A DNA stretch of 60,186 nucleotides from an uncultured Lachnospiraceae bacterium (GTDB taxonomy: Bacteria > Bacillota > Clostridia > Lachnospirales > Lachnospiraceae). Below, piece by piece: positions 49,544-59,107 of this stretch; the stretch's first letter is position 1, and every line of letters begins with the position of its first letter. A program made the translations under genes and the position numbers. The notes under the pieces were generated by a model. It was given only the letters and a program-made list of their open reading frames with translations, was not told the DNA's origin and did no database searches. The stretch lies in NCBI GenBank assembly GCA_949879775.1, contig CATLBW010000001.1, positions 1 to 60,186 on the forward strand. Direction: 5' to 3'.

Positions 49544-49984
49544 TTGAAAAACCACAGCAAAGAAGAAACGGCATTATTTTATATCGGGTGGGCGCTGGTC
49601 TTTGTTGCCGGCATTTGCCTGCTCATATACCGGGCAATGCCCCTGCCATACACAAAACTTATGATGCCCTGCATTTTCCACAGCGTTACCGGGTTTTACT
49701 GCCCTGGCTGCGGCGGCACCAGGGCGGTTTCCGCGCTGCTGCATGGGCGCATTGCCGCCTCGTTCGTCTGCCACCCCTTGGTCCCATGCGCCGCCATTAC
49801 CGCAGGATGGTTCTTAATCAGCCAGAGCATCGAGCGCCTTTCCCGGCACAGGGTTAAAATTGGCATGAAATACCGCGACGTCTATATCTGGGCGGCGTTG
49901 GGGATTGTCATCCTGAATTTTATCGTAAAAAATTTACTGCTGATCATATGGGGCGTCGATTTGCTGCAGGGGATTAATCTGTAA
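49544..49984 (+). CDS. DUF2752 domain membrane protein
   Basis: PCIFHSVTGFYCPGCGGTRA..L..G....SF..HP. Confidence 0.88.
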   Translation: MKNHSKEETALFYIGWALVFVAGICLLIYRAMPLPYTKLMMPCIFHSVTGFYCPGCGGTRAVSALLHGRIAASFVCHPLVPCAAITAGWFLISQSIERLSRHRVKIGMKYRDVYIWAALGIVILNFIVKNLLLIIWGVDLLQGINL

Positions 49985-50026
49985 ACCCACAAATCCCAGC
50001 GGCAAACCAACGCCCGCAATTACTTC

Positions 50027-51229
50027 CTATTTCCCTGTCAGGTAATCAATCATCTCATATCCCTTAGCGATGCTGTAGCCGGACTGCACGGCTTCCCGCT
50101 CATTGTATTTCCAGGAATTATGCTGCACCTTTGTGCTGTCGTAAAGCAGATAAGGCACGCTGTCGCCGGTGTGCGTCCTCAGGGCAATCGGCGTGGGATG
50201 GTCGGGCATCACAAGCATACGGAAATCTGCGCCCGCCTGTTCCAAGCCTGCCTTGATCGGCGCAATCACGCGTGCGTCCAGGTTCTCAATCGCCTGCACT
50301 TTCCGTTCCACGCTGCCCTGATGCCCCATCTCGTCCGGGGCTTCTAAGTGCACGTAGGCAAAATCGCACCCTTCCTTCGTCAGCGCATCCACCGCTGCCT
50401 GCGCCTTGCCCTCATAGTTGGTGTCCAGCCCGCCATTGGCGCCCTCCACGGAAATGTTCGTCATGGAGGCTCCCACCGCAATTCCTTTCAAAAGGTCGAC
50501 CGCCGATATCATTGCGCCCCTTAGCCCTGTTTTTTCCTGGAACGAAAACAAGGACGGCCTTGTGCCAGCCCCCCAAAACCAGCAGGAATTGGCAGGGTTT
50601 TGCCCCTTCTTTTTGCGCTCTATATTGATGGGATGGTTTGCCAGGATATCGTAACTCTTTTTCATCATTTCCCTAAGGACGGCGTCCTGGGGAAGATACT
50701 GCCCAATGGTCTGTCCCAGCACGTCATGGGGCGGCGTCAAATCCACAACCTGCCCCTGCTGCCAAATCAACAGATGACGGTAGCTAGTGCCCACATAAAA
50801 TTGATAAAGGTCTGTCCCTAATTCTTTTTTGACAGCTTCCATGAGGGTAGATGCCTCCTTTGTGGTGATTTCCCCGGAGCTGTGGTCTAAAATCTTCTTA
50901 TCCTCGTAATTAGCTTCCTCCTCCGAGAGCGTCACGATATTGCAGCGCAAAGAAACGTCCGTAGGCTTCATATCCACGCCAATGCTCAATGCCTCCAAGG
51001 GAGAGCGGCCGGAATAATAAACCTTGGGGTCGTACCCTAACACGGAGAGGTTCGCCGTATCGCTTCCCGGCGACATGCCCTCTGGGATGGTGTGCACCAT
51101 GCCAATCTCCCCAGCCGCCGCAAGCGCGTCCATCTGCGGGGTCTTGGCGTATTCCAAGGGGGTCATGCCCCCAAGCTCGTCTAGCGGGCGGTCTGCCATG
51201 CCATCGCCCAGCACAATCACATATTTCAT
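50027..51229 (-). CDS. apgM: Cofactor-independent phosphoglycerate mutase family protein (ApgM type)
   Basis: GDGMAD, TPLEYAKTP, PGSDTAN, EAPDEMGH, MPDHPTP, HTGDSVP. Confidence 0.88.
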   Translation of the reverse strand: MKYVIVLGDGMADRPLDELGGMTPLEYAKTPQMDALAAAGEIGMVHTIPEGMSPGSDTANLSVLGYDPKVYYSGRSPLEALSIGVDMKPTDVSLRCNIVTLSEEEANYEDKKILDHSSGEITTKEASTLMEAVKKELGTDLYQFYVGTSYRHLLIWQQGQVVDLTPPHDVLGQTIGQYLPQDAVLREMMKKSYDILANHPINIERKKKGQNPANSCWFWGAGTRPSLFSFQEKTGLRGAMISAVDLLKGIAVGASMTNISVEGANGGLDTNYEGKAQAAVDALTKEGCDFAYVHLEAPDEMGHQGSVERKVQAIENLDARVIAPIKAGLEQAGADFRMLVMPDHPTPIALRTHTGDSVPYLLYDSTKVQHNSWKYNEREAVQSGYSIAKGYEMIDYLTGK

Positions 51230-51297
51230 CGTATCTTTCCACCTTTCCAGACAGAATGCCTCAAAAGCAGCGCTGCTTCTGAGACATTCTTATCACT

Positions 51298-52497
51298 CTA
51301 TACTACGCGGATTCTCTGAATGACATCCAGCCCGCTTGCTTTCTTCTCATAATCTTCCTCGCTCATTTTCCCGGTAAGGAACCCGATTTCACCGCTTACC
51401 CCCGGCGCTTCCACAAATTCAACCTCTCCAAACAGAGATTTCGCTTTCTCCTTATCCGCCGTGCTGCGCACAAAGAACCGGCTCTCGCTCTTTCCTTTAT
51501 CTACCAAGTCCATCTTCTTGGAACTCCAGGAAATCAGGATATTCTTGTGCAGGTGCTTGGCGATATCCACGATATCGGCAACTACCGCGCTGGCAGTCGG
51601 CAGTTTGCCCGCCCCGCTGCCATAAAACATGGCGTCGCCTAAGACATTGCCATGCACGAAAATGGCGTTGAACACATCATTGACGCTGTATAAAGGATGC
51701 TGCTGTGACAGCATGAACGGCGCGACCATCGCGCAGTAACCTTCCTTCGTCTTCCTGCTGGTGGCAAGAAGCTTGATGACACGCCCCATAGCATTGGCGT
51801 ACTTAATGTCATCTGCGGAAATCTTAGTGATTCCCTCTGTATAAATGTCCTCAAAATCCACCTGCTGCCCACATACAAGGGAAGTCAAAATGGCAATCTT
51901 CCTGCATGCGTCATAGCCCTCCACGTCTGCCGTGGGGTCTGCCTCCGCATAGCCCCTGGACTGCGCGTCCTTGAGCACGTCCGCAAACTCCAGCCCTTCA
52001 AAAGTCATCTTACTGAGGATGTAGTTCGTGGTGCCATTCAAAATTCCCGTAATCTCCTCAATCTCATCTGCGGTCAGCGAGGAATTCAAGGGACGGATAA
52101 TCGGGATGCCGCCGCCCACGCTGGCTTCAAACAGGAAATTGATGCTCTGCTCTTTGGCAATGGCAATCAGTTTCGCGCCATGCTTCGCTACCAAGGCCTT
52201 GTTGGAAGTCGTAACGCTCTTCCCTGCCAGCAATGCCCGCTTCACAAACGTATATGCCGGCTCCACGCCCCCCATAGCCTCCACGACTACCTCAACCTCC
52301 GGGTCATTGGCAATCACGTCATAATCATGTATGACCTTGTCCTCCATAGGGTCTCCTGGAAAGTCGCGCAAATCCAGTATGTACTTTACTTCAATCCCAT
52401 CGCCCGCGCGTTTGGCAATGCTCTCGCTGTTGGTATTCAACACTTCTACCACGCCGGAACCAATCGTCCCGTAACCTAAAATTGCTATCTTAATCAT
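51298..52497 (-). CDS. hom: Homoserine dehydrogenase
   Basis: GYGTIGSG, TSNK, EASVGGGIP, NGTTN, GYAEADP..DVEG.D, GSGAG..PTASAV. Confidence 0.95.
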   Translation of the reverse strand: MIKIAILGYGTIGSGVVEVLNTNSESIAKRAGDGIEVKYILDLRDFPGDPMEDKVIHDYDVIANDPEVEVVVEAMGGVEPAYTFVKRALLAGKSVTTSNKALVAKHGAKLIAIAKEQSINFLFEASVGGGIPIIRPLNSSLTADEIEEITGILNGTTNYILSKMTFEGLEFADVLKDAQSRGYAEADPTADVEGYDACRKIAILTSLVCGQQVDFEDIYTEGITKISADDIKYANAMGRVIKLLATSRKTKEGYCAMVAPFMLSQQHPLYSVNDVFNAIFVHGNVLGDAMFYGSGAGKLPTASAVVADIVDIAKHLHKNILISWSSKKMDLVDKGKSESRFFVRSTADKEKAKSLFGEVEFVEAPGVSGEIGFLTGKMSEEDYEKKASGLDVIQRIRVV

Positions 52498-52501
52498 AAT
52501 G

Positions 52502-52945
52502 TCACTCCCTGGCTAAAATTTTTATATAATGAACTCCCTCCTGCTGCTCAATGTTCTCCACCATTTTGGACACATTCTTCGTGTCCGGCAGTACATCCAC
52601 GCTCAGGGTAAGGGAGGCAATCCCATTAACCGGGATACTCTGATGGATTGTGAGGATATTCGCATGGAAATCCGCCACAATCTGCAGCACAAGGGACAAA
52701 AGCCCCGGCTCATCATCCATCTGTATCACCATCGTGATGGTTTTTCCCTTGGCATTATCGTGGAATGGGAAAATATCATCCTTATACTTATAAAAAGAAC
52801 TGCGGCTAATCCCCACGGAATCGGTCGCCTCCTGCACAGATTCGGCGCGTCCGGATTCTATCAGCTTCTTTGCTTCCACAACTTTCAGTAATACCTCTGG
52901 CACGGCTTTCTTTTTTAAAACAAAATATTTCGTCTTGTCCTCCAT
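52502..52945 (-). CDS. ACT-domain regulator (ThrR/PheB-like)
   Basis: VPEVLLKVVEAK, GISRSSFYKYKD, NILTIHQSIP. Confidence 0.85.
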   Translation of the reverse strand: MEDKTKYFVLKKKAVPEVLLKVVEAKKLIESGRAESVQEATDSVGISRSSFYKYKDDIFPFHDNAKGKTITMVIQMDDEPGLLSLVLQIVADFHANILTIHQSIPVNGIASLTLSVDVLPDTKNVSKMVENIEQQEGVHYIKILARE

Positions 52946-53048
52946 AATGCCTCCAGTATGTTTGCCTGTGAAATACATTTGTGTTCACTGCAAAGATATT
53001 AGCACATTTGCCCTTTTATTGCAAGTACTTTTCCCATTCAGCCAAACC

Positions 53049-54017
53049 CTAAAATTTCCTGCTGCCGCCGCTAGAGCTTCGCCCCCCGGAGCCGGTATGC
53101 ACGGTGCTCCTGCTGCCGCCGCCAGAGCTGCCCGTCTGCTTGGGAATATGCCGCCTTGTAACAAAAGAATTGACAAGCCTGTCTTCCTTTGCCGTCAGGT
53201 TTACGCGCCCATTCTTCTCTATCGGATATTTGTAGCCGCCAAATTTCAGGCGGTATTTGCCAAAAATACCACAAATTGCCCCGCCCCCAGCGGCAACCGC
53301 CAAACCCAGGGCAATAAGGATTTCCGATAAAGTGATGGACTTCTTGCGGGGATGCCGGATCACTTCTCCTGTGTCTTCATCCTGTAGATAATTTTTACTG
53401 GCATTTTCATTTTGATAAGCGTCCTCCACTTCATCTAACATTGCCTGCAAGGTGGCTGCGTACTTTTCCTCTGAAACTGCCTCATATCCTGCGTCAAGAA
53501 TCCTCTCCGTGCGGTTATCGGTGATATAGTACCTGGCTTCCCCAAAGGCGCGTACCACAATTTCACGGTTATCCATATCAATAGCGCAGATAACCCCGTC
53601 ATCGTTTGCAGTATATCTGTCAAACCAGCTTTCCGCATACGACGTTGCGTCCTCCCCGCCAGCATCGTCGGTAGTCAGCGCCATAAACTCCCAGCCTGTG
53701 CGTCCTTCAAGCTCCGCCAGCCTGCGTTCCACCTCTTTTGCTTCTGTTACCGACAGCAGCCCCGCCTGGTCTGTAAGCTGCGCATTCTCTTCTGTTTGCC
53801 CTGCCTGGTCTGCAAGCTGCACTTTCTCTTCCGTCTGCCCTGCCTGGTCTGCAAGCTGCACTTTCTCTTCCGTCTGCCCTGCCTGCTGCGCATTCTCTTC
53901 TGTTTGCCCTGCCTGGTCTGCAAGCTGCACTTTCCCTTGCGCCTGCACAGGCACCATGCAAAAAATTACCATACACAGCAAGAAAGCCAACGCCAAGCGT
54001 CTCTTTAACAATTTCAT
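53049..54017 (-). CDS. TPM domain membrane protein
   Basis: Signal peptide; DQAGLLS, DGVICAIDMDNRE; TM helix; Gly/Ser tail GGSRKF. Confidence 0.85.
   Translation of the reverse strand: MKLLKRRLALAFLLCMVIFCMVPVQAQGKVQLADQAGQTEENAQQAGQTEEKVQLADQAGQTEEKVQLADQAGQTEENAQLTDQAGLLSVTEAKEVERRLAELEGRTGWEFMALTTDDAGGEDATSYAESWFDRYTANDDGVICAIDMDNREIVVRAFGEARYYITDNRTERILDAGYEAVSEEKYAATLQAMLDEVEDAYQNENASKNYLQDEDTGEVIRHPRKKSITLSEILIALGLAVAAGGGAICGIFGKYRLKFGGYKYPIEKNGRVNLTAKEDRLVNSFVTRRHIPKQTGSSGGGSRSTVHTGSGGRSSSGGSRKF
53760..53935 (-). repeat. Coding tandem repeats (39/30-bp units)
   Basis: KVQLADQAGQTEE x3, NAQQAGQTEE, NAQLTDQAG. Confidence 0.85.
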
Positions 54018-55123
54018 AGCATCCATCCTCCCAGCAGCCCCAACAGAAGTACCAGCATAAATATGACAATGCCCAAAATCCAGACTTTTGCCCCATCGAC
54101 CGGCAGCTCGCCGTAAACTTTTCCGTTCTGCCCGTTCATGGAATAATAGTATATCTTTCCGTCACGTCCTTTATATGTAACCGTCCATACCGGAAGCATA
54201 ATATAGTCCCAATGCTCCTTTTGCGTTTGGACCTGGCAGCTATTCACTCTTAAATGCCCGTAGCCGCCTGCTGTCTCTTGAAGAAGCCTCTTAGCAAACT
54301 CCTTGGCGTCTTCCAATACTTCCGCCTGTAAATCATCGCGTTCCAAATCACGCTTTTCCGCTAAAAACCCGGACAGATAACCCATATGGAAGCCCTGGAC
54401 CTTACTCACGTCATAGGGCAGCACGCCTTCCGCCAACTTAAGGCTGTTTTTCTTCAACGCGTTCTTTGTAATATCTTCGAGATGGATATTTCCCCTGCGT
54501 TCCACATGGTAAACCTTCGTCTCTGTGTATTCCGTATCCCCGCTGCGCCAAACGCGAAGGTTCTTTCCTTCCGCCTGCAATGAGCCTCTCATGTCCATAT
54601 CCGCCATCCAGTATGGGAAATATACCCCGGAAATTTTCTCAATCTGCTGTTTGTTAAAAAATGCTTTAGGCACGAATTTCTTGCTATGCGCATATTCTAG
54701 GAATTTTTCAGTGGCCTGCTGCTTATCAATCGTAAAGGGAATGATTTTGTGAGGCAAAAATTCCCCGGAAACACGACCGGAAAGCACAACCGGGTTATGG
54801 CAATAGTAGCAAAACGTAGCCGCTGTCGTTCGGTCCGTCACAATCTGCGCGCCACAGCTTGGGCAGCGGTACATTACGCCTTCCTCCGCATCCTGGGGCT
54901 GCTTTGCCCCTCCACTTTCCTGCATGCTTGGGGATGGTCCCGCCCCTTCCAGCGTGCCATGGGATTCCGCCGCCCTCTCCTCTTCCTCCTGCGCGGGTCT
55001 CATCTGCACAAGCTCCTCCTGCGAAAACGCAGAAGCACAGTATTCGCACTTGTACTTCTGCGTCGCTGGATGGAAGACCAGTTCACCATCGCAATTCGGA
55101 CATTTATAACTGATTACTGCCAT
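54014..55123 (-). CDS. Zinc-ribbon membrane protein (YdjG-like)
   Basis: CPNC/CEYC and CPSC/CYYC; YFPYW; LPVW; NGQNGKVYG.LP; C-terminal TM. Confidence 0.8.
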   Translation of the reverse strand: MAVISYKCPNCDGELVFHPATQKYKCEYCASAFSQEELVQMRPAQEEEERAAESHGTLEGAGPSPSMQESGGAKQPQDAEEGVMYRCPSCGAQIVTDRTTAATFCYYCHNPVVLSGRVSGEFLPHKIIPFTIDKQQATEKFLEYAHSKKFVPKAFFNKQQIEKISGVYFPYWMADMDMRGSLQAEGKNLRVWRSGDTEYTETKVYHVERRGNIHLEDITKNALKKNSLKLAEGVLPYDVSKVQGFHMGYLSGFLAEKRDLERDDLQAEVLEDAKEFAKRLLQETAGGYGHLRVNSCQVQTQKEHWDYIMLPVWTVTYKGRDGKIYYYSMNGQNGKVYGELPVDGAKVWILGIVIFMLVLLLGLLGGWML

Positions 55124-55213
55124 CGCTTATCTCCTTAATTATAACTGTTTAGAAACATTCATTGGGGAACCCAAATACCCGGGCGGCCTTTGCCCTCTGC
55201 CCAATGATTACTG

Positions 55214-55423
55214 TAGTGTCTTGTCTCGTTGATGTTTGATAAAATCACGTAGGATATTCGCTCATCTGCAAGGCGGATTTTCGACGGCGTAGCGGTGGCG
55301 TTTATCACAAGGAGGGACCCGCTTGCGGGAGGATGCCTTATGATGTACGACTAGAAAATCCAACGAAGCAGATGTGTGAATAGACAAGTGAGTTTAACTG
55401 ATTATCAATGAGACAAGACACTA
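55214..55423. mobile_element. MITE-like foldback element (210 bp)
   Basis: TIRs TAGTGTCTTGTCTCGTTGAT / ATCAATGAGACAAGACACTA (19/20 match); inner arms also pair (CATCTGC/GCAGATG, GGATTTTC/GAAAATCC). Confidence 0.75.
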
Positions 55424-56769
55424 GGCTTGCCGCACTGCGAACAGAACTTGCCGCTATTTTTAACACCGCACACGCAAACCCATTCTCCACTGTCTTGCGG
55501 TTTGGGTTTGCCGCATTCCGAGCAAAAATTCCCGCTATTTTCCTGGCCGCATTCACAAATCCACGTCTTTGACCCCTGTGGCTTGGGCTTGCCGCATTCT
55601 GAACAGAATCTCCCGCTATTCTTAACGCCGCATTCACAAGTCCACCCCTGCGTGGCGCTTTGCCCCTGCTGCGCAGCCGCATTGGCGCTGCCCTGCATCG
55701 CCGTATTTGCAGGCTTTGGCATCGCCATATTGGCGTTGTTTTGCATCGCTGCGTTTTGCTGCATAGCCGCATTCTGCTGCATCTGCATTTGCTGCATATT
55801 GGCAGCGGAAGCAACGCCCATAGCGGAACCCATAGCGTTCATGCCCATACCCATGCCCATAAAACCAGACATCGCGCCTGCTGAGTTGGAACCTGCGGCT
55901 TCCAGCCCGCGTGCCACATGTCCTTGCATATAGCCCTCGCGGACCGTGGGGTCGCTCAGCATGGCCCCTTCGTTGCGCATATTAATCAATTCTGTGGATT
56001 TCTCGTCATACGTGACGCTGGCAATGCCCACAGCCTGGATTTCCATGCCGCGCATCTGCCTCCAGTCCTCATCCAGGGTGTCCGCCATATATTTCCCTAA
56101 TTCACGCCCTTTGGAAGGCACATAGGAAATGCGGATGCCGTCTGCGGACATCTGGTTAATTGCCGACTGCAACGCTTCAAGGAACTCCGCCATATACTGC
56201 TCGTTGATATCCTCAATCTGCACCTTCGCCGCATTTCTGGGAATCGCTTCGGCGTAAAACTTGACAGGGTCTGTAATCTTGATGGAGTACGTCCCATGGG
56301 TGCGCAGAAATAATTCTGCATTATAAAAATTGTCAAAATAATTGATCGGGTTCCTGGTGCCGAATTTGATGCCCTTAATCTCCTGTAAATTGATATAAAA
56401 CACTTTTTGCCTGGCAGGCGTCCCCCCGCCAAATTTGATACGGCTAAAAGATTCCCGTATAGCATCTTTTAGTTCCCCGTTAAATAAAGACGGCAGCGCA
56501 GAGTTATCTACCTTAAAATATCCCGGCTCAGCCGTGTAATCGACAATCCTGCCGCCATCCACCAACATCATAAACTGGTTGTCATATACATGGATAACGG
56601 AACCATTGCTGACCGTGCCGTCGCTGCCTTTCTTATTCTGCCCTTTGCGCATAAGGATTCCGCTGGTAAATACCGTGCGATCCCCCATATCATCCGGCTC
56701 AACCACTTCCAGCCATTGATCCGCCAGCCCGCCGGAGACTGACTGTATGGCCGCTTTTATAATTCCCAT
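55405..56769 (-). CDS. SPFH (band 7) domain protein with C-terminal zinc ribbons (YdjI-like)
   Basis: SNGS.I.V, INLQEIKGIKFGT, GMGMGM; three WxCxCG...FCSxCGKP repeats. Confidence 0.85.
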   Translation of the reverse strand: MGIIKAAIQSVSGGLADQWLEVVEPDDMGDRTVFTSGILMRKGQNKKGSDGTVSNGSVIHVYDNQFMMLVDGGRIVDYTAEPGYFKVDNSALPSLFNGELKDAIRESFSRIKFGGGTPARQKVFYINLQEIKGIKFGTRNPINYFDNFYNAELFLRTHGTYSIKITDPVKFYAEAIPRNAAKVQIEDINEQYMAEFLEALQSAINQMSADGIRISYVPSKGRELGKYMADTLDEDWRQMRGMEIQAVGIASVTYDEKSTELINMRNEGAMLSDPTVREGYMQGHVARGLEAAGSNSAGAMSGFMGMGMGMNAMGSAMGVASAANMQQMQMQQNAAMQQNAAMQNNANMAMPKPANTAMQGSANAAAQQGQSATQGWTCECGVKNSGRFCSECGKPKPQGSKTWICECGQENSGNFCSECGKPKPQDSGEWVCVCGVKNSGKFCSQCGKPSVLSH

Positions 56770-56805
56770 AATTTCCCTCCACTGCCATATGGATATATCC
56801 GTTAT

Positions 56806-57925
56806 TTAATTTGTTGTTCCAGAGAGGCTTTTCCATTTCAAATAGGCATTGATAAACAAATCAAGGTTGCCGTCCATCACGCTGTCCACGTTACCAGTCT
56901 CCGCATTCGTGCGGTGATCCTTTACCATGGTATACGGCTGCATAACATAGGAGCGAATTTGGTTGCCCCAGCCAATCTCCGTGACTTCCCCACGGATATC
57001 AGCAGCCTTTTTCTCATTTTCCTCCTGCTTTAAAAGATAAAGCTTGGCTTTTAACATCTGCATCGCCTTATCTTTATTCATATGCTGGGAGCGTTCGTTC
57101 TGGCACTGCACCACAATGCCTGTGGGAAGATGCGTAATGCGGATAGCCGAAGAGGTCTTGTTGATATGCTGACCGCCTGCCCCGCTGGAACGGTAAGTGT
57201 CTATCCTCAGCTCATCGTCTTTCACCTCAATGTCGAGGTCCTTTTCAATATCCGGCATCACGTCGCAGGAAGCAAAAGAAGTCTGCCGTTTGCCTGCCGC
57301 ATTAAACGGTGAAATGCGCACCAGGCGGTGCACTCCTTTTTCAGATTTCAGGTAGCCATAAGCATTCTCCCCGCGCACCTCAAAGGTAATGGACTTGATG
57401 CCCGCCTCTTCGCCGTCAAGGGAGTCCAGCACTTCCACGGCAAACCCTTTATCATCAGCCCAACGTTTGTACATGCGGTACAGCATACTGTTCCAGTCGC
57501 ATGACTCCGTCCCCCCTGCCCCTGCGTGCAGGGAAATGATGGCATTTTCCCCATCATACTCACCGGACAAAAGCGTCTTAATACGGATATTGTCAAATGT
57601 CTGTTCAAATTCGTTAAGTGCCTCCTCAATTTCCGGGATAAGCGAGGCGTCATTCTCCTCATAGCCCATTTCCAAAAGCGTCTCGATATCATCATACTGC
57701 CCTTCTAAATGGCGATATGTCTCGATATCATCCTTGAGGCCCTTAAGCTCTTTCATTTTTGCCTGGGAAACTTCGGTGTCATCCCAAAAACCGGGCGCTT
57801 CCATCTCCCGCTCTAATTCCTGGACACGCTGCTCCTTATTTGCTAAGTTAAAGTGAATCCCTCACTTCCACTAACGGTTCTTTATATGTGTTCAAGGTTG
57901 TCTTGAACTGGTCTAACTCAACCAT
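56806..57925 (-). CDS. prfB: Peptide chain release factor 2 with programmed +1 frameshift after codon 25
   Basis: MVELDQFK...RDSL (CTT TAA C at 57853-57847), then +1 frame NLANKEQR...; SPF motif and GGQ (SSGAGGQHIN). Confidence 0.95.
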
Positions 57926-57950
57926 CGTGTCACCTCTTTCTATTTTAAAT

Positions 57951-58095
57951 TATAGCCAACGACAAAGCTTTTTGTGATTTGACGTTGGCTGCGCCGATTT
58001 TTGCTGCGTGTTAACACAGTAATTCCTTTCAAAATCGTGCGCATCCCCCGGAGGTTTTATAGTCAAGGACAATTATTTTGTCGTTGACTATAAAA
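57951..58095. repeat. REP/MITE-like element upstream of prfB
   Basis: TATAGCCAACGACAAA (57951) inverted against TTTGTCGTTGACTATA (58077); third arm TATAGTCAAGGACAA forms a local hairpin. Confidence 0.6.
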
Positions 58096-58312
58096 ACTAT
58101 ACTGCCACTTGAAAAATCAGGCTGGGTAGCCAGCGCTGATTACGGATATTCTACCACATCCAACACAAGAAAACAATTCCATCTTTGATTCGGGATTGCC
58201 AGCCAGCCTGTGGCATGGTATCATTTGGGTACGGGACAGCCGTGTTACAAGGCGGCAAGCCTCCCTAACCCGAAAACCAACCGCAATACTTATTTAAGAA
58301 GATTAAACAGCT

Positions 58313-59002
58313 ATGAATACTTGGATTAAAGAACAGCTCGAACTGCAAAGGGAACCTGAGTTCCAAAAATTTACCGCCAGCCTGCTGCCGGGTGTAAGGC
58401 ACATTCTCGGCGTGCGCCTGCCTGCTTTACGGAAAATGGCAAAGCAGCTCGCCAAGGGGGACTGGCAAAGTTACCTGCGGACAGCCTGTGATGACAGCTA
58501 TGAGGAAATCATGCTCCAAGGCATGGTCCTAGGTTATGCCAAAGGGGATTTGCAGGAAAAAGAGCCTTTCCTTCGGGCATTCCTTCCCAAAATAGATAAC
58601 TGGTCCGTCTGTGACAGCGCCTGTTCGTCTCTCAAGCTGGCAAAGGCACAGCCGCAAGAATTCTGGGACTTCCTGTCAGAATACCTGCGCAGCCCCCGGG
58701 AATATGACGTCCGCTTCGCACTGGTGCAGATGCTTGATTATTATGTAAACGACGATTATCTGGAACGTGTGCTGCAGGCGATAGACAGCGTAGATTTGCC
58801 ATTCTATTATGTGCAGATGGCGCAGGCTTGGGCAGTTTCGATCTGTTACCGGGAATTCCCGGAAAGGACGCTGCCATTTTTAAAGAAAAACCATCTGGAC
58901 GATTTTACCCACAATAAATCCTTGCAGAAAATTACGGAATCGCTGAAAGTGCCGAAAGAAGATAAAGAATTTATACGGACATTGAAACGGAAATCAGATT
59001 GA
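58313..59002 (+). CDS. DNA alkylation repair protein (AlkD-like HEAT repeat)
   Basis: LGVRLPALRKMAK, IDNWSVCD, YYVQMAQAWAVS, HNKSLQKI.ES. Confidence 0.88.
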   Translation: MNTWIKEQLELQREPEFQKFTASLLPGVRHILGVRLPALRKMAKQLAKGDWQSYLRTACDDSYEEIMLQGMVLGYAKGDLQEKEPFLRAFLPKIDNWSVCDSACSSLKLAKAQPQEFWDFLSEYLRSPREYDVRFALVQMLDYYVNDDYLERVLQAIDSVDLPFYYVQMAQAWAVSICYREFPERTLPFLKKNHLDDFTHNKSLQKITESLKVPKEDKEFIRTLKRKSD

Positions 59003-59107
59003 AACGCTACCGTTCCCTTCATTGTCCAGGTAAACCTTCCGATGTGGAAACGCTCTATTTATCTTGCCAAAATCTTCAATGATTAATTTTCGTTCCATCC
59101 CTCTCTC

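Noticed and set aside
53760-53935. CRISPR-like periodic repeats
   Set aside because: In-frame coding tandem repeats with no unique spacers
56806-57925. prfB as a truncated gene or pseudogene
   Set aside because: The in-frame stop is at the canonical programmed frameshift position, with an internal SD and CTT-T slippery site
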